DNA of 58,357 nt, filler included, from Globobulimina sp. (GCA_003354225.1; 6 parts of 6 records of this genome joined end to end with filler, not necessarily neighbours in it); one strand, 5' to 3'. Shown: positions 31,337 to 44,983, numbered from the whole stretch's first letter. A program made the numbers and translations. The notes: generated by a model from the sequence alone, not told the origin.

Positions 31337-34055
31337 TTAGTCATATACTTCAAATCCATCATCATTCACATTCACATTGCCATTATCAATTTGTTGATCC
31401 TCTTCCTCTTCCTCGGCAGACCCATCATCACCATCTGAGCTTGAGGCTGAGGCAGAGGCAGAGGCAGAACTGGAAGCACTCGATCCATTGTCCTCCTCAT
31501 CCTCGTCCTCATCCTCATTACTGTCACTATTCCGCCACGCAGTCTCATCCTCGTCCTCATTGCCATCACTCTCGTCGTCATCTCGTGTAAAAGTAAAAGA
31601 ATTAAATTTTAATAAATATTTTGTTTTATTTCTATGCGTAGAATGATGTCCATGCGTATTGTCAATGGAATATATGGGCATATCTGTGAATTCCTGATCA
31701 AAGTTATTCGTCTGATCTTCATTTAATTTCGGTGTAAAAGGCGGTTTCAATTTTCTGTCATATAACAAGTTCCAATCAATCGATTTAAAGAAAATATGTC
31801 GCTTTATTTGCTGTGCGCCCTTTAAATGGGCAAAAGACTTTTTTTTCGGGTCGTTTTGATATTTATTTGGATTGGAAGATTGGTACGAACCCAACCTTTT
31901 TTTCCAATTCCTTTGCATTAATAAGGTCAATATATTCACGGCAGAGTCACTGAAATAGTTTGGAAAACGCAGTTTGCTGTGTAATATCTTCTCAAACAAG
32001 CGATCTCTGTCGCGGCTATAAAAAGGCGGCATTCCGGTCAACATCTCATACAATAACGCCCCTAAAGACCACCAATCCGCTGGCTTTCCGTGGCCACATC
32101 GACGTAATATCTCTGGCGCCAAATATTCCGGCGTACCGCAAAAAGAATGCGCCAATAAGCCCTCCTCTTCGTTAATATTCTCCTTCGACAGCCCGAAATC
32201 GGTCAACTTTATATGGCCGCCCGCGTCCAACAACACATTCTCCGGCTTCAAGTCGCGATAAATGATGTTCATCGAATGCAAATATTCCAATGCCAACGCA
32301 ATGCTCGCCGCATAAAACCGCGCCCTGTCTTCCTTAAACCGGCCGGCTTTGCCCAAATGGAAAAATAACTCGCCGCCGCCACAATAATCCAACACCAAAA
32401 ACAATTTCGTCTCTGTTTGAAACGCATAGTACAATGACACGATGAATGGATGGCTCACAAAGCCCAACACCCGGCGCTCAGTCCGCGTATGTTCGATTTG
32501 GTTGCGTTTGATCACATTTTCTTTCTTCAAGATTTTCATGGCATAAATTTGATTTTCATTATCCACTTTTTTGACTTGCAATACTTTGCCAAACGCGCCC
32601 TTTCCAACCACTTTTAGCAAGGTAAAGTCAGACAAAGTGGGCGCTTTCTTATCATTGCCATGCTCGCCCTGCGCCAGTTTGAGCTGCGCTTTTTTGCTTT
32701 TATTTTCCAGCTCTTTCTGCTGGATCGGATTCATATTATTCTCTGCGGCATGCACGCCGCCAATGCGTATGATGCTATTGGCCTCTTTCTTGAAGATCCA
32801 TCGAAACTGCACAAAGGAGGACAGTTCAGGCGAGACCATCAGCAATGGATCGTCCACAATGACCCGCAGCCATATTTGCAACGACACGCGCATATGTTTC
32901 AAAAATGGCGACTCGCTGTCAAAGACGCTGCGATTCATCTTAGGATGCGATAGGTTGATGTTTGAGGGCGAGGACCCGGATGGAGCAGCATTGTGTGTAT
33001 GTGAGTGTGGCACGGATTTGTTCAGCACCAGCGGCAGCGGTTGCAATTTGGCTATTTTTTTCACTTTGCCTGCGGTTAAGTCGTCCGTTAATGGCAAACT
33101 ATTGGAGGAGCCCAGTGGGAACAGCGAGACCTGCGTATGTTTTGAGTGCAAGGATGGGATGTTTGTATAAATGGTTTTGTATATTATCAGATACCGGCTT
33201 TGGAGGCGTGTCTTGTGGCTTATTGTTGCGTAAATGTTGCATTTGTCGTTGTTGTAATAATAATTGTTGCTCGTGTTGTATTTGCCGGATATGTTTGATT
33301 TGTTTCATTTGAAGCATCAATTGTTGTTCCTGTCGCTTTTGAACCATAATTTGTTGTTGGTGATATTGATAAATTTGTTTGTAAACGTGGCGCGGCGAAT
33401 ATTTGCGGTTATGTTTATCCATATTAGTCTCTATTTTGTTGGCCGCTTCCTGCTGGAAATATAAATAAAATAAACCTAAGGGTAATAAGGGAGGCACTTC
33501 TATTTGTTTTTTCTTCTTCGCATTGCTTTCATCGATTTGTTGCAAGACACTGTATTTTGCTTTTAATTTGTTGTGTAACTGAATGAAATCACATAGGGTT
33601 TTATACACAGTCCACATTTGCTGTTGATATTGCACTGTAATTTCAAATTTGAGCGAGGAGTTTGCATGGAATATAGCCGAACGTTGGAATATAGGCCGTG
33701 TCATATCGATGGCGTTTGGTTTGAAGGGGGAGTTTAACGCAGAGGAACTTTGGGCTTTTATACCGTTTTTTAACGCATTGAGCTGTTTATTTGTGTTTGT
33801 TTTTGCTTTTGCTTTTTGTTTGGGTTTGGCTTTGGATTTTGGAGGTTTTTTTTTGGGTTTGGCTTTGGATTTTGATTTAGATCGATGTGCTGAATTATTT
33901 CTATGGTTCGACGATGATATATGTTTGGAGGTTGTATGATGCTTTGAAGGCGGATCATATTTGGTGGATGGTATGGAAATGGTCAGTCTATGTTTTGGTT
34001 TGTTAGTTTCTGCTTTCTTGGGACCGAATAGTTTATTGCCTAGAAACTTAAACAT
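31337..34055 (-). CDS. PX-domain AGC kinase (SGK/Akt-like), 2 exons
   Basis: PX-like WTVYKTLCDFIQLHNKL and LQIWLRVIVDDPLL; GKGAFGKV, YRDLKPEN, SFCGTPEYLAPE, NFDQEFT and hydrophobic motif FNSFTF; intron 33194-33131. Confidence 0.9.
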
Positions 34056-34208
34056 AGAGCTAGAATATCGTCCGCCGTACGTTGTGTCCAACTAATAATT
34101 CGGAATGGAAAGCAACAACGAAGCAACGATGACGATGTCAATAAGATTAAGTTTTTGGATCACTTTTTTCCCTTTTACTATTTTTACAAAACCACGTTGT
34201 ACAATAGC

Positions 34209-35005
34209 ATGGCCTTTACCACAGCCTTGGGAAGCATTGAACAGTTGGTACTAATATTGCTTTGTTCATATCCATTATTATCATTCATTATAGCTTGTAT
34301 ATGGTTAATTGTATGCAGATACAAAGCATATTATAAATGTTTCAATAATAATGATATCGATGCTGATTACACTGTATTCAAGCAGTACAATAACTTTTTG
34401 ATTATAGGCAGCCAAGCATGCGGCAAATCGCATTTGGCAAAACAATTAAAGGCAATGTTTCCTCGGCTAGAGCTAATTGAACTGGATACAATATATTGGA
34501 AACCGAATTGGAAACGAAACAAAGGTAAATTTTATCGGGATGTGCGAGCATCATTATTTAATAGAATTGGAGACAAGAAATATGAACCAAAATATGATGG
34601 TGTCATCATTGATGGCAATTATAATTTTATTAAGGAACTGACTTGGAATTTAACGGACGTAATAATATGGTTTGTAAAATTTTACTGAAACCATTTCATT
34701 GATATGTTTGTAAATAAAACCATGCCAGGTTGGACTACGAATTTATCGAAGTGTTTTATCGTGCAATAAAACGTTCGTTTTGGAGGATAATAACAGGAAA
34801 AAAAGTATGTAATGGCAATGTTGAGACGGTAAGCAAATTATTAAACGATTTTAAAAGCAGTGTTGTGTATAACGTATGGAATGATCATGAAAAGATAAAT
34901 ACACACAACATCCCAAATGATTATATTCAATTGTTTCCAAATAAAAAAATAATTAGACTTAAATCACCGTACCATTGCAATCAATGGCTAAAACGTATTA
35001 AATAA
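34209..35005 (+). CDS. Adenylate-kinase-related P-loop protein (FlaR/topology-modulation-like) with N-terminal TM, 2 exons
   Basis: GSQACGKS Walker A, LDTIYWKPNW, IIDGNY and IIW|LDY across intron 34670-34728. Confidence 0.8.
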
Positions 35006-35073
35006 TTCATTCAATTTAAATCTGATTGTCACGCAATAAAGTTTTTGGATTTGATCAGAAAAACTTTTACTTG

Positions 35074-36069
35074 ATGTTAAATATTATGGTAATGGTCAAT
35101 TGTTACTACATATCTGTACCATTGGAATGCATTTGCGGATTTATTATATGCATTGTGCTCATTTATTTATTCTTTAAAATCCGCAGTGTTCGAAAGCATA
35201 AATATATGCATCCATTTTATCCATTTACAACTCTATTTTGTGTATTGTTTATGGAAATATGTGTCATTGTCGATTGTATTCATATAACCCTTTGTGCATT
35301 TATAACAGAAGAATTCGATGTTTTTAGTCAACGTTACAGTGGTATTAAAATAATAGCAGACATTGCTTATTTTGTATCAACCACATTTTTGTATATCATA
35401 ATGATGGGAAGACTGGTCCTCACATTCGACAATACTTTGTACCAATTGCACAACTCTATAATTGCTTTTATTGCAATATTTATATTTACATCAAATTGTG
35501 CGATGATATATTATGTAACATTGTTAATGCTATATGGCGACATTCAAAAGGTGGATAAAAAGGAAAAACCAATTATTGCTGTTATATCCGGCATTGATGT
35601 CATATTAAATGTATCATTATTATTATTGTTTATTTTTAAAATAAAACAATTAATCGCTTCTATTCAAGATACGGATTTTGAACATTTTATTGCAATTAAT
35701 GATAAAGACGATATGTATCGTGTTTGTGGCGATAATATTACTAAAACACCAGCAGAGGAAAGAAAAAAATATATCTCTTTGGATAAAAATCAACACAAAT
35801 TAATAACAATAATCACAAGACATAGTTTTTTAAGCAGTATAGCTATTATTGCAAATTATACATCATTATTTATTGATATGTATTCTCCACATTCTACTAT
35901 TAGTACGTTGATAAATTATGGAATCCGAGCAATGTCTTCCACTGTTATTGTGACTACGTTATGTTTAAACTTTGGGTTTAACATCAAAATGTATTCTCGC
36001 TGTTGCGGAAACTGTCACGTTGGGTGTTATTCATTTTGTGTCTATTTTACTAAACACTCAATTCAGTAA
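35074..36069 (+). CDS. Hypothetical 7TM-like membrane protein
   Basis: About 7 hydrophobic segments, a long loop before the last two helices, and a Cys-rich tail (CCGNCH). Confidence 0.65.
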   Translation: MLNIMVMVNCYYISVPLECICGFIICIVLIYLFFKIRSVRKHKYMHPFYPFTTLFCVLFMEICVIVDCIHITLCAFITEEFDVFSQRYSGIKIIADIAYFVSTTFLYIIMMGRLVLTFDNTLYQLHNSIIAFIAIFIFTSNCAMIYYVTLLMLYGDIQKVDKKEKPIIAVISGIDVILNVSLLLLFIFKIKQLIASIQDTDFEHFIAINDKDDMYRVCGDNITKTPAEERKKYISLDKNQHKLITIITRHSFLSSIAIIANYTSLFIDMYSPHSTISTLINYGIRAMSSTVIVTTLCLNFGFNIKMYSRCCGNCHVGCYSFCVYFTKHSIQ

Positions 36070-36154
36070 AGACATTGTGAAGCAAACTAATCCAGTTCAT
36101 ATTTTCCGTCTACATCGAAAAAAAATCTTTCACTCTAAACGTACAGTGAAACGA

Positions 36155-38368
36155 ATGGCACTTTTAGAAGAGACTGAATTCGAGTTTGACCAAGGTTGAG
36201 TCTCACATTTCATGTCATAAAACAGAACAAAACAACACACACTCAATTAACAAACAGTATGGTGGAGTATAATAATGGCAGCCAGCACAATTTGTATCTT
36301 ATATATATTAATAGAATTTAGTTGCAACAAAAAAGTGCGCTATATTCCGTCTCGTTTGATGATATCGCGAGCCATATTCAATTACATCGCAGTGTTTGTG
36401 GTATTAATCACAATTCAAAATCAAACAATTATTACTCACCCAAGACATTGTGAAGCCCAGGGAGCGATTTTTTTATTTTCATTGTATATGGCAACAATAT
36501 ATTATGCATTGATATGTTGGGAATTGTACTTAACATTAAAAAATCCATTTCGTTCTCCATCCAGTGGTTCAATATTATTTCACCTCTGCACCACATTGAC
36601 ATGTTTTACAGTTATTATATTTTTAGCAGCTTTTAGTAAATTTCAATATAGGCCGGCATTCCAAGTCTGTTTCCTTGACTATGACGAAGGAGAGATCAAT
36701 TTGTTAAATTGGTTTATTATTTATATCCCTGTTTGTGGCATTTGTGTTGGTGGCCTTATAGCCACTGTGTGGAGCGTACAACGTCTCAAAACAACCATAA
36801 TTGATGAAACTTTTGAATTGCGATGGTTGTTAATTAAACAACAAACTGTCATTATTACATTATTTACATTAAATTATATTTTACAAGGCATAAATTGGAG
36901 CATTTTATTTTGGTTTAACGATGAAGATAAACAACCAAAATTAAATCCATATTTATTAACCGCATTTTGTATGATTGCAGTTATATTTGATGCGCTCACT
37001 TGGATTATACGAAAATATATAAAACAAATATATAATTTCAGTTCACATCCAGCTGCCAAACGACTCAAAGGAGCGCAGGGAATGAAGAATATCTCTGATG
37101 CTTTAAGGAAGGAAGTGATAACATGTATTGTTGATGGATTGTCTCAAACGTTAACAATTAATATTGCTGCCGACTCCAGACATCGCACTGAAACGGCATG
37201 TACAGAGAGCGAGTTAGTGCCTATCAATTCACTCAATTATTCTGTTTCAGATCAGCTTATTGATGGTGAAACAATTAATTATTACCAATCAATTGAGGAA
37301 AGTGGTGAGACATTGACGAGGTTTCATTTTCCAAATAAAATCGATGGTAAATGTATGCAGAATGTGATTGAAGAATATAAGATTGATCCAATGAATACAA
37401 ACAAGCATTTGGAAGGCGTAATATTTCGAGATTATGGAGCCAAAGTTTTTGGTTATTTACGAAGGAATATATATAAGATTGATGGTGACGAATATTATAA
37501 ATCTATATTGCCGCATGGTGACATTGCAAAGATATCGTTAGAATTAACTGCAAAGTTTTCAGAGGGCAGAAGTGGTGCATTCTTTTTCTATACGAAAGAT
37601 ATGAAATATTTGATAAAAACGTTAACAAAACGCGAAGCTCAGTTATTGTTGGATTGTTTGCAAAGATATGTAAATTATATGAAACATAATAAGGAAACGT
37701 ATTTATGCAAATATTTTGGATTACATTCGATTACATTATATGGTCATTGCATATATTTTGTTGTGAATAAGAATATATTTTGCGTATTGGATAGGGCTGA
37801 AGATGAGATATATGATATTAAGGGTTCGTGGATTGATAGGAATACAAAACATAATATTACAGACAGAAAGTTGATGAAAGATGAAGATTTACATAAAATA
37901 TTATTGTTAAATAAAAATAAATCATATGCCATTTATAAACAATTAGAGAAAGATACAATATTTTTATCACAGTTGAATATTATGGATTATTCATTACTTT
38001 TAGGCGTTTATTATGAAAAAATTAAAACTGAAAATAATAAAACAGGAAATGAACAAATGATCGATTTGGAAGACAAGGAAGAAGAGTTGAAACACAATGA
38101 TGATACACAAGAAATATTAGAAGCAGAATATATTGAAGGTGCTGGGAAATATTGTATTGGTATCATCGATATGTTACAAGCATGGAATTTTAATAAAAAA
38201 GTTGAACGCTTTATTAAATCATATGTCCGATGTAAAGATAAAAATGGAATATCATGTGTTCCACCAATACCATATAAAAATAGGTTTTTAAACAAAATGA
38301 TTGAAATTGGTATTGGACATAAAGTTAAATCAAGACAAAGTACATTGATTTCTATTAGTGCGAATTGA
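36155..38368 (+). CDS. GPCR-PIPK: 7TM receptor fused to phosphatidylinositol-phosphate kinase (2 exons)
   Basis: 7TM region, then FRDYG..VF..LR, GRSGAFFF, YLIKT, YDIKGS, MDYSLLLG and IGIIDMLQ. Exon 1 36155-36194, intron 36195-36257. Confidence 0.92.
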
Positions 38369-38471
38369 TAATATCTTCTCCTTATTAACTAAGTATACAA
38401 TTAATTATAAACCTGCGATAATAAAACTTTAAACTTCAGCTCTTTTAACATACCCAACCATATCAGACCCA

Positions 38472-39130
38472 ATGTTTGCTTTCTTAGCCTTCTGTTGTTC
38501 ATTAATGAGTGCTGTGTTTGGTGAAACATCATTCCAAGCACCAGATTTTACCATCAATATGGACGAACCGGCAAATATCCGCTGGGAGAAAATATGTGAT
38601 GAATATGGTGTAATTGTATGGGATCTTTATCAAAATATATTGGAAATGTTCCCAGCTGTGTTTGTTGATGATATGGAAGCAATTATGTTAAATTGGTACA
38701 ATAACAATGCAGAAGAACCATATACCTCAGAAATGGCATATTATGCAAATTGCACAGGTATACCATTGGGTGCCATCGTTACAATGAATTTAATATATGA
38801 TATGACTGCAGCTTGTACTTCAATTGTAGCAGAAGATGGAAATGGTGTAATATTTCTTGGCCGTAACTTTGATTATGGATACAAATTGGCGCGCAATATG
38901 ACATTTAATGCACATTTTACTGACAAAACCGGAGAAATATTGTATACCACAACAATGTTTTTTGGATATGCAGGTATAGTTGTTTCCAAATTGCATTTTG
39001 AAATTAGATTAATTAAAATGTTAACAATTAAATAGGTACATGGACTGCTGTACGGCCAAATAAATTTTCAATATCGGCAAATGAACGAACCCAAGGCAGT
39101 TTGATTAGTAATATTAAAACCATTCGCGAT
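38472..39130 (+). CDS. Acid ceramidase/NAAA-like Ntn hydrolase; 3' truncated
   Basis: Signal peptide, catalytic CTSIVA and GRNFDY; intron 38974-39035 continues GTWTAVRPNKFSISANER. Confidence 0.9.
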
Positions 39131-39230
39131 NNNNNNNNNNNNNNNNNNNNNNNNNNNNNNNNNNNNNNNNNNNNTTAATTAATTAANNNNNNNNNNNNNN
39201 NNNNNNNNNNNNNNNNNNNNNNNNNNNNNN
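39131..39230. other. Artificial contig linker
   Basis: N44-TTAATTAATTAA-N44. Confidence 0.99.
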
Positions 39231-42200
39231 ATATATAATTTTTTATCCATATTGTCACGTCGTGGTGATTTTAATGCTGTTTCATCAATCATTGAACGAC
39301 TAATATCACATTCAAATGAGAATGATGATAATACTCCGATATTATCTATAAATAATCGGTTATTTATTGTACTCATTCAATCATTGCGTATTGGTGGACA
39401 ATGTGAACGAGGATATAATGTATTTGAACAAGCTCTAAATGAGTTTAACATCCCCCCTTCAATACCGTTGTTATTACAGGCATATATGGTATGATTTTTT
39501 ATTTTATTTTTATTTTTTGTGCAAGGATAAATCGCATTGTTTAAATATCAATATTCAGTGCAATCCAACCAAATGGAACTTTAACTTTGTTACATTGTTA
39601 AATGAATACAATTTGCAATGTGATCAATCCGCATATAATGAGGTTATAAAATTTCATTTACAATGTATTGTAAATCAATGTGAAAAAAGCAAACATCTTT
39701 CAACCTCTCAGCAGCCAATAACGTTTGAAGCGTTTGAAACATTTGAATTTGATGATATTAACCAATACAAAAATAAATTGCCATCAAATATTGTGGATGA
39801 ATACAATGCAACAATCAGTGCTAAACAATCACAAAAAACTAACATAACACAAGAAACAATCCTAAGTTCAATTCAATTGCATGCTCAACGAATATTATTT
39901 TATTTGAACGATGCAAATTCCTCAAATTATTATTTAAACACCGATATATTCCATAAAATCATAGCCACCTCATTTGATTATATGTTTCATAACAAACTAC
40001 CTTTAACAGAATGGATGAATAAATATATCAAACATATCATCACCAAACAATTTCAGAATCATAACCAAGCATTAACCAATTTATTGCCACTATTATTCCA
40101 AGGCTGTTTGAATAGAAATCAGGTTCAATTATCACGTGATATATGGCAACTATGCGAAACTAATAACATTGAAATTGATAAGGAATCAAACAAATATTAC
40201 AATGACTTATGCATTCGTCATTTTGTGCGCCACGGCAAAACGCCTCCAAATGATAACCATAAGGACCAAAATCCAGAGCTCAAATTATGTGCATTCCCTG
40301 GCGACGCACATTCACATTCATTGCAGACAACAGCACCACAAACAAATGATGAATGTTTGAAATTAGCCAACAATTTATTGGATAGATCACATAAAATCGG
40401 TTGTTTAATGGATAGTTATTACAACGATGCAATGATAGCAAAAGAATTGGAACCACATTCAAAAAAACTGTTTTTAACAGATATGGAAAATGCTATTACA
40501 TTTTGTCGGAAATATAACGATATAATATCTGGAAGAATATTATTTGACGCGTTTCTAGCTTCAAAATTATCGTTTAAATATCACGCCGCAATGAGCCCAG
40601 ATTTTTTATTTTTATTGGATAACAAACACTGTCGACATGAAAACAATTCATTTGGAATTACTCCGCGAGATGTTATAACATTATGGCCTTTAAATCCGCC
40701 GCAAGCATTCATCAACAAAGCATTCACTGTTCTGATCACATATAAAAATGCGGTTGGTATAAAAAAGTTATTTGATACTGTCACCTTACAAAACACACAA
40801 AACCAAAAACAGTTACTCCTGACGCCAAAGATGCTGATTCTAGCAAGTGATTTATTTGCAACTGAATGTGGAACCTGTACAGATAATATATACTGGGATT
40901 ATTTGTGGCGTTTAATGGAGAATAAACAGTTTAAATCGGCACGGACTACGCACAGTGTTGGATACATTGGTAATAAAATACTAAATATAGTGTCTGCTGC
41001 AAACGATGATGAATGGACAGAGGATGAGCTTATGGTTCATGTGAAACGAATTTATAATACATTTAAGAATTATAGCTTACCTTTGCCACTACCTTTGATG
41101 CAGAAGTTGCATAGCAAATTGACCAACGCATTGAATAAGTCATGGATTCGGACAGTTTACATTGACGAACATCATCCAAATACCAACTCATCAATGCATA
41201 TTATGAATGATTACCGATGGTATATAGACAGCGAATCGTTTAATTATGCACTTGAACATGGTTTATATGGCAAGTTGGCACCGTTGCGGAAATTAATGAT
41301 TGATGGTACTATTCCAACCTCACACAGATTGGTGCATAGAATATTGCTCACTTTCTCCAGAAGTAATGAGTTGGATATAGCTCATTTGCAACAATTTTTA
41401 ATTGAATGCCAAGCACATTACCAGCATGCTTTCAGTCCGAAAGAAAAGAGTTTGATTGCTCAGATGGTTAAGCGCTATATTACTGAGCAGAATATTAATA
41501 TGGAACACGATGTATATATGTCAGCAATGATAGCGTATTTAAAGTCGATTAAGGTGATAATTAATATGAATGAAGTTGCAGAGCTGCAGCAAATAAGTGG
41601 TGATACACGACGTACAGTTAAACCATATATCAAATTTATTAATCCTCAGAGAGCTGAGGCACCAACGAGTGATGCAATTCGTTTTGAAGTTGGTGAAACT
41701 GTCCAATTGTGTGGCTTGGCACAATATGCATATTTAAATGGAAGTATTGGACGTGTGGTTGGCTGGTTTAATAAGGATAACCGTACATATCCTGTACAGT
41801 TAAATGATAATCCACATGCCGTGTATGTGTCTGCTCGGAATATGAGGTTTGGGAAACATATTATTAATACCACATTACCTGAATTTGAAGGCGATGGAGT
41901 ATTGGAAACAAGTGATGTTACATTGATCCCGCAATCGCCAGATATTCAAACCAGCGCTGCACCAGCAACAATAACACCGTTTGACATAAAACAAAGGAAA
42001 CATCATTTACGGAATAAGTTATTGCATATATTTGAGGATCAAAAGGCTGATACATTTGAAAATGGCATATCATTAGTTTCATTTAAACAATTATGGAATT
42101 TATATTTTCCAGATGAAGAATTCTATCATGATGATGAAAGTTTGCATGATTATGTTGTAATGCATGTGCCATTGGAAGTTGATTATGGATGGAATGTATT

Positions 42201-43329
42201 TCAATATCCAGGACAGCCATTGGAAAGAATTTATTATTTGACAAAATATAGTTTCAAACCTAAATGGGATAAGTTGTTATCACTCGATGCGTTTCTAGCT
42301 TATTTACGTAATTTGATAGAGAATCAAGCAAATGGCAGGATACGATTAAAGGATTTGTGTACAGCGTGTTATTCAGATGTTTATGAGTCGCATAAACATA
42401 TTCGATCATATTTGTGTGTCAATATGTTACATTTCCTCAAACATCATCATAATGAATTTGTTGTGGATGTTATTAACGGCGAAAAATATATATCACTCTA
42501 TTCAAATGCGAATGGGGATAAAACAGATAATATGAATATTAATGGGAATATGTGTCAGTGGAATGTGTATGAGGTGCAATATTGGCTTTGGAACTTGTAT
42601 CACAATACGAAATGTAATAATAATGTAACAATATTGGAATGGAATGTTATTTTGGCACTATTTGAAGGTCATCATATTGATGGCAATGCATTGAACAGTT
42701 TGAATGAATCTGATCTGTCTAAAATGAATATAAATTCCATTGGTATTCAAAAACTTATTTTGTCATCGATTCAGAAAGAATCATCAGTTGATACTGTTGA
42801 TGATGATGAGGAAGAACCATTGTTTACAATACGTGATAATTGTGTACCATTAAAAGAATTTGATGTATTGTGTGATGACAATTTTTATGAATGTTTGATT
42901 AATTATCATAATAAATCCCCATCGGATGATAATTATATTTATCAGCATGATATATTGAGATATTATGATATAAATGAACAACACCAATGGTTCATGCAAC
43001 ATTTAGTAAATTGTTATTATGATAAGTTTCATGTAAAGTATTATTTGCATAATGACAAACAGAAATATTTTAAAATAAATATGAGGGAGCAACGGACTGT
43101 GAGTGACATCGATGATGCGGAATTACAAAAGAGATTGAAAACAGAATTGCAACAACACCCGATTGGTATAGATTTAATATCATTACTGCATGAATACGAA
43201 TTGAAATACAATGGGAAAATGTTTAAACACAATGCAAAATATGTAAATCTGACAGATAGACTGAAAGCATTGAACTTTTTTGTGACTTCATCTTCCTGTG
43301 GATATATTGTATTTGATTTTAGTTTTTAG
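39231..43329 (+). CDS. Large protein with PPR-like helical repeats, SH3-like, LOTUS/OST-HTH and SAM domains; 5' truncated
   Basis: PPR-like N-terminus; VQLCGL...LNGSIGRV; GISLVSFKQLWNLYF and GIDLISLLHEYELKY (LOTUS-like); WNVYEVQYWL...FEGHHIDGNAL (SAM); intron 39489-39558. Confidence 0.7.
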
Positions 43330-43353
43330 TCTTACAACTCCAGTCAGTTCACA

Positions 43354-44838
43354 ATGCAAAATCCATCCGCTCCTTTACTTGGTACGTATGATGCGACATC
43401 ATACCACAGCACATCTTATGACGGCAGACAGAATAATAAATACAAAATAAATATAGATAACGCGTCACAACCCACTGGGCAGCCTGTGGTAGTCGGCCAG
43501 CAACCGCAAGTAATATATGCACAACAAGGACAACCGCAACCTGTTCCAATGAATCAATATCAACAGCCCGTTCAATATGTTCAGCAGCCAGTTCAATATC
43601 AACAGCAACCAGTTCAAGGGCAGGTAACATATCAACCACAACAGCCGGCTCAAGGTACAGTGTAGATATTTATGTATAGCCGGTATGGATACTTTACAAT
43701 TCTCATAAATACAAAAAATGTATAAAGGTCAACAACCAGTGCAATATCAACAACAACAACCTGTGCAAGGTCAGCAAGGAGCACAAGGCGGTCAAACATA
43801 CCAACCAAGTGATACGCAATTAGGTGAAGGGTTGGAGCAGCCCGGCATTGTGGTGCAGCCACAAGAAGCAATCAGAGTGGCCGGCGGGAAGGATGGTGTT
43901 GGAATGGCTGAAGGCTGTGCTCGAAATCCACATATTTTGACATGGATATTAACGATTGCTGTTTGGTTTATGATATTCAGCGTTGCTGTCTGTAATATTG
44001 CTTTCTCCGATGATGGTGGATATTGCTCTTTTTTTGCTGGTAATATCGGTGCAGCGTTAGGCATTACAGGGGCTGTAGCAATATGTTATTGGATCGAGTG
44101 TTTTTGTACAGGAACCGGCAAATATTTGAGAAATATATTACAAAATGAAGGAGCTGTGCAATTTGTGGAGAGAGTGAAAGGTCAGCCGGCAGAGATTTGG
44201 TGGCGTGTAGCTTGTTATCATTATGAAACGAGACGAACAAGCCGCCAGGTAACAGACTCCAATGGTAATACAAGAACAGAATGGGAAACCCGGCAAGAAA
44301 AGGTGTATACGTGGAGAGCGAGAGAACAGTATCGATATTCTACATGTATTGACGTATCGGGGCAATTATTAGGTTTGGAGGAATATAAGCTCACAAAATT
44401 AAGATTAAGAAAAACGTATGGTTTTGTTGATTCACAATCGCAGCAAGAATATATTTTACAAAGAAGGACATTTAGAATGATGGTATGTTATTCGTTATCC
44501 TATCTGGAGAAATATTTGATTTTATAGTGTAATGTTTTGAAATGACAGAATTGGAGAGATGTTCATCAAGAATTTTATGAAGAATTTACTATTCCTGGAT
44601 ATGTTGATCGTATTTTAGCTGAATCTGAACCTGGTATGCATGCGTTGTGTTTTTTCGTTAACATTTTTGAATATAACAATATAATTTGAATACGCAAGGT
44701 CTCAAACCTGGATGGATGAGTGCATCTGTATATTGGTTGTGTAATTTGGTATTCTTTTCACCATGTTTTAGACATCAAATGAGTGCAGCATGCGGAAATT
44801 GTGAATATACATTTATTAAACAATTATCTGCGTATTAG
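43354..44838 (+). CDS. TMEM151: TMEM151-family membrane protein with Q/P/V/Y-rich N-terminus (4 exons)
   Basis: YWIEC, PAEIWWRVACYHYE and CIDVSG...KLTKLRLRK motifs; introns 43655-43727, 44483-44548 and 44634-44698. Confidence 0.85.
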
Positions 44839-44983
44839 ATTAATTTGTTTGTAATTAATTAATTTTACTTTTTGTATCATATAACGCACTCCGGTTTGCC
44901 CTACTGTTGATAAAAAAAATAAGAGTATAATTGAATTGAAACATTCAAGATTAGATAGAAAAAATGTCAAGAAATTTGATTGT

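Noticed and set aside
33131-33194. Possible U12-type intron (ATCCTTGCAC resembles the TCCTTRAC branch point)
   Set aside because: The donor is GTATCTG rather than GTATCCTT, and the same motif occurs in reverse orientation and outside introns.
31960-33312. GC-rich stretch with long antisense ORFs suggesting foreign DNA
   Set aside because: It is the core of the AGC kinase gene; GC-richer codons reduce antisense stops, and the gene has a host-style intron.
39817-39826. Third copy of the repeated-intron 5' end (GTTTAGCACT on the minus strand)
   Set aside because: Only a 10-nt match inside coding sequence, with no further similarity.
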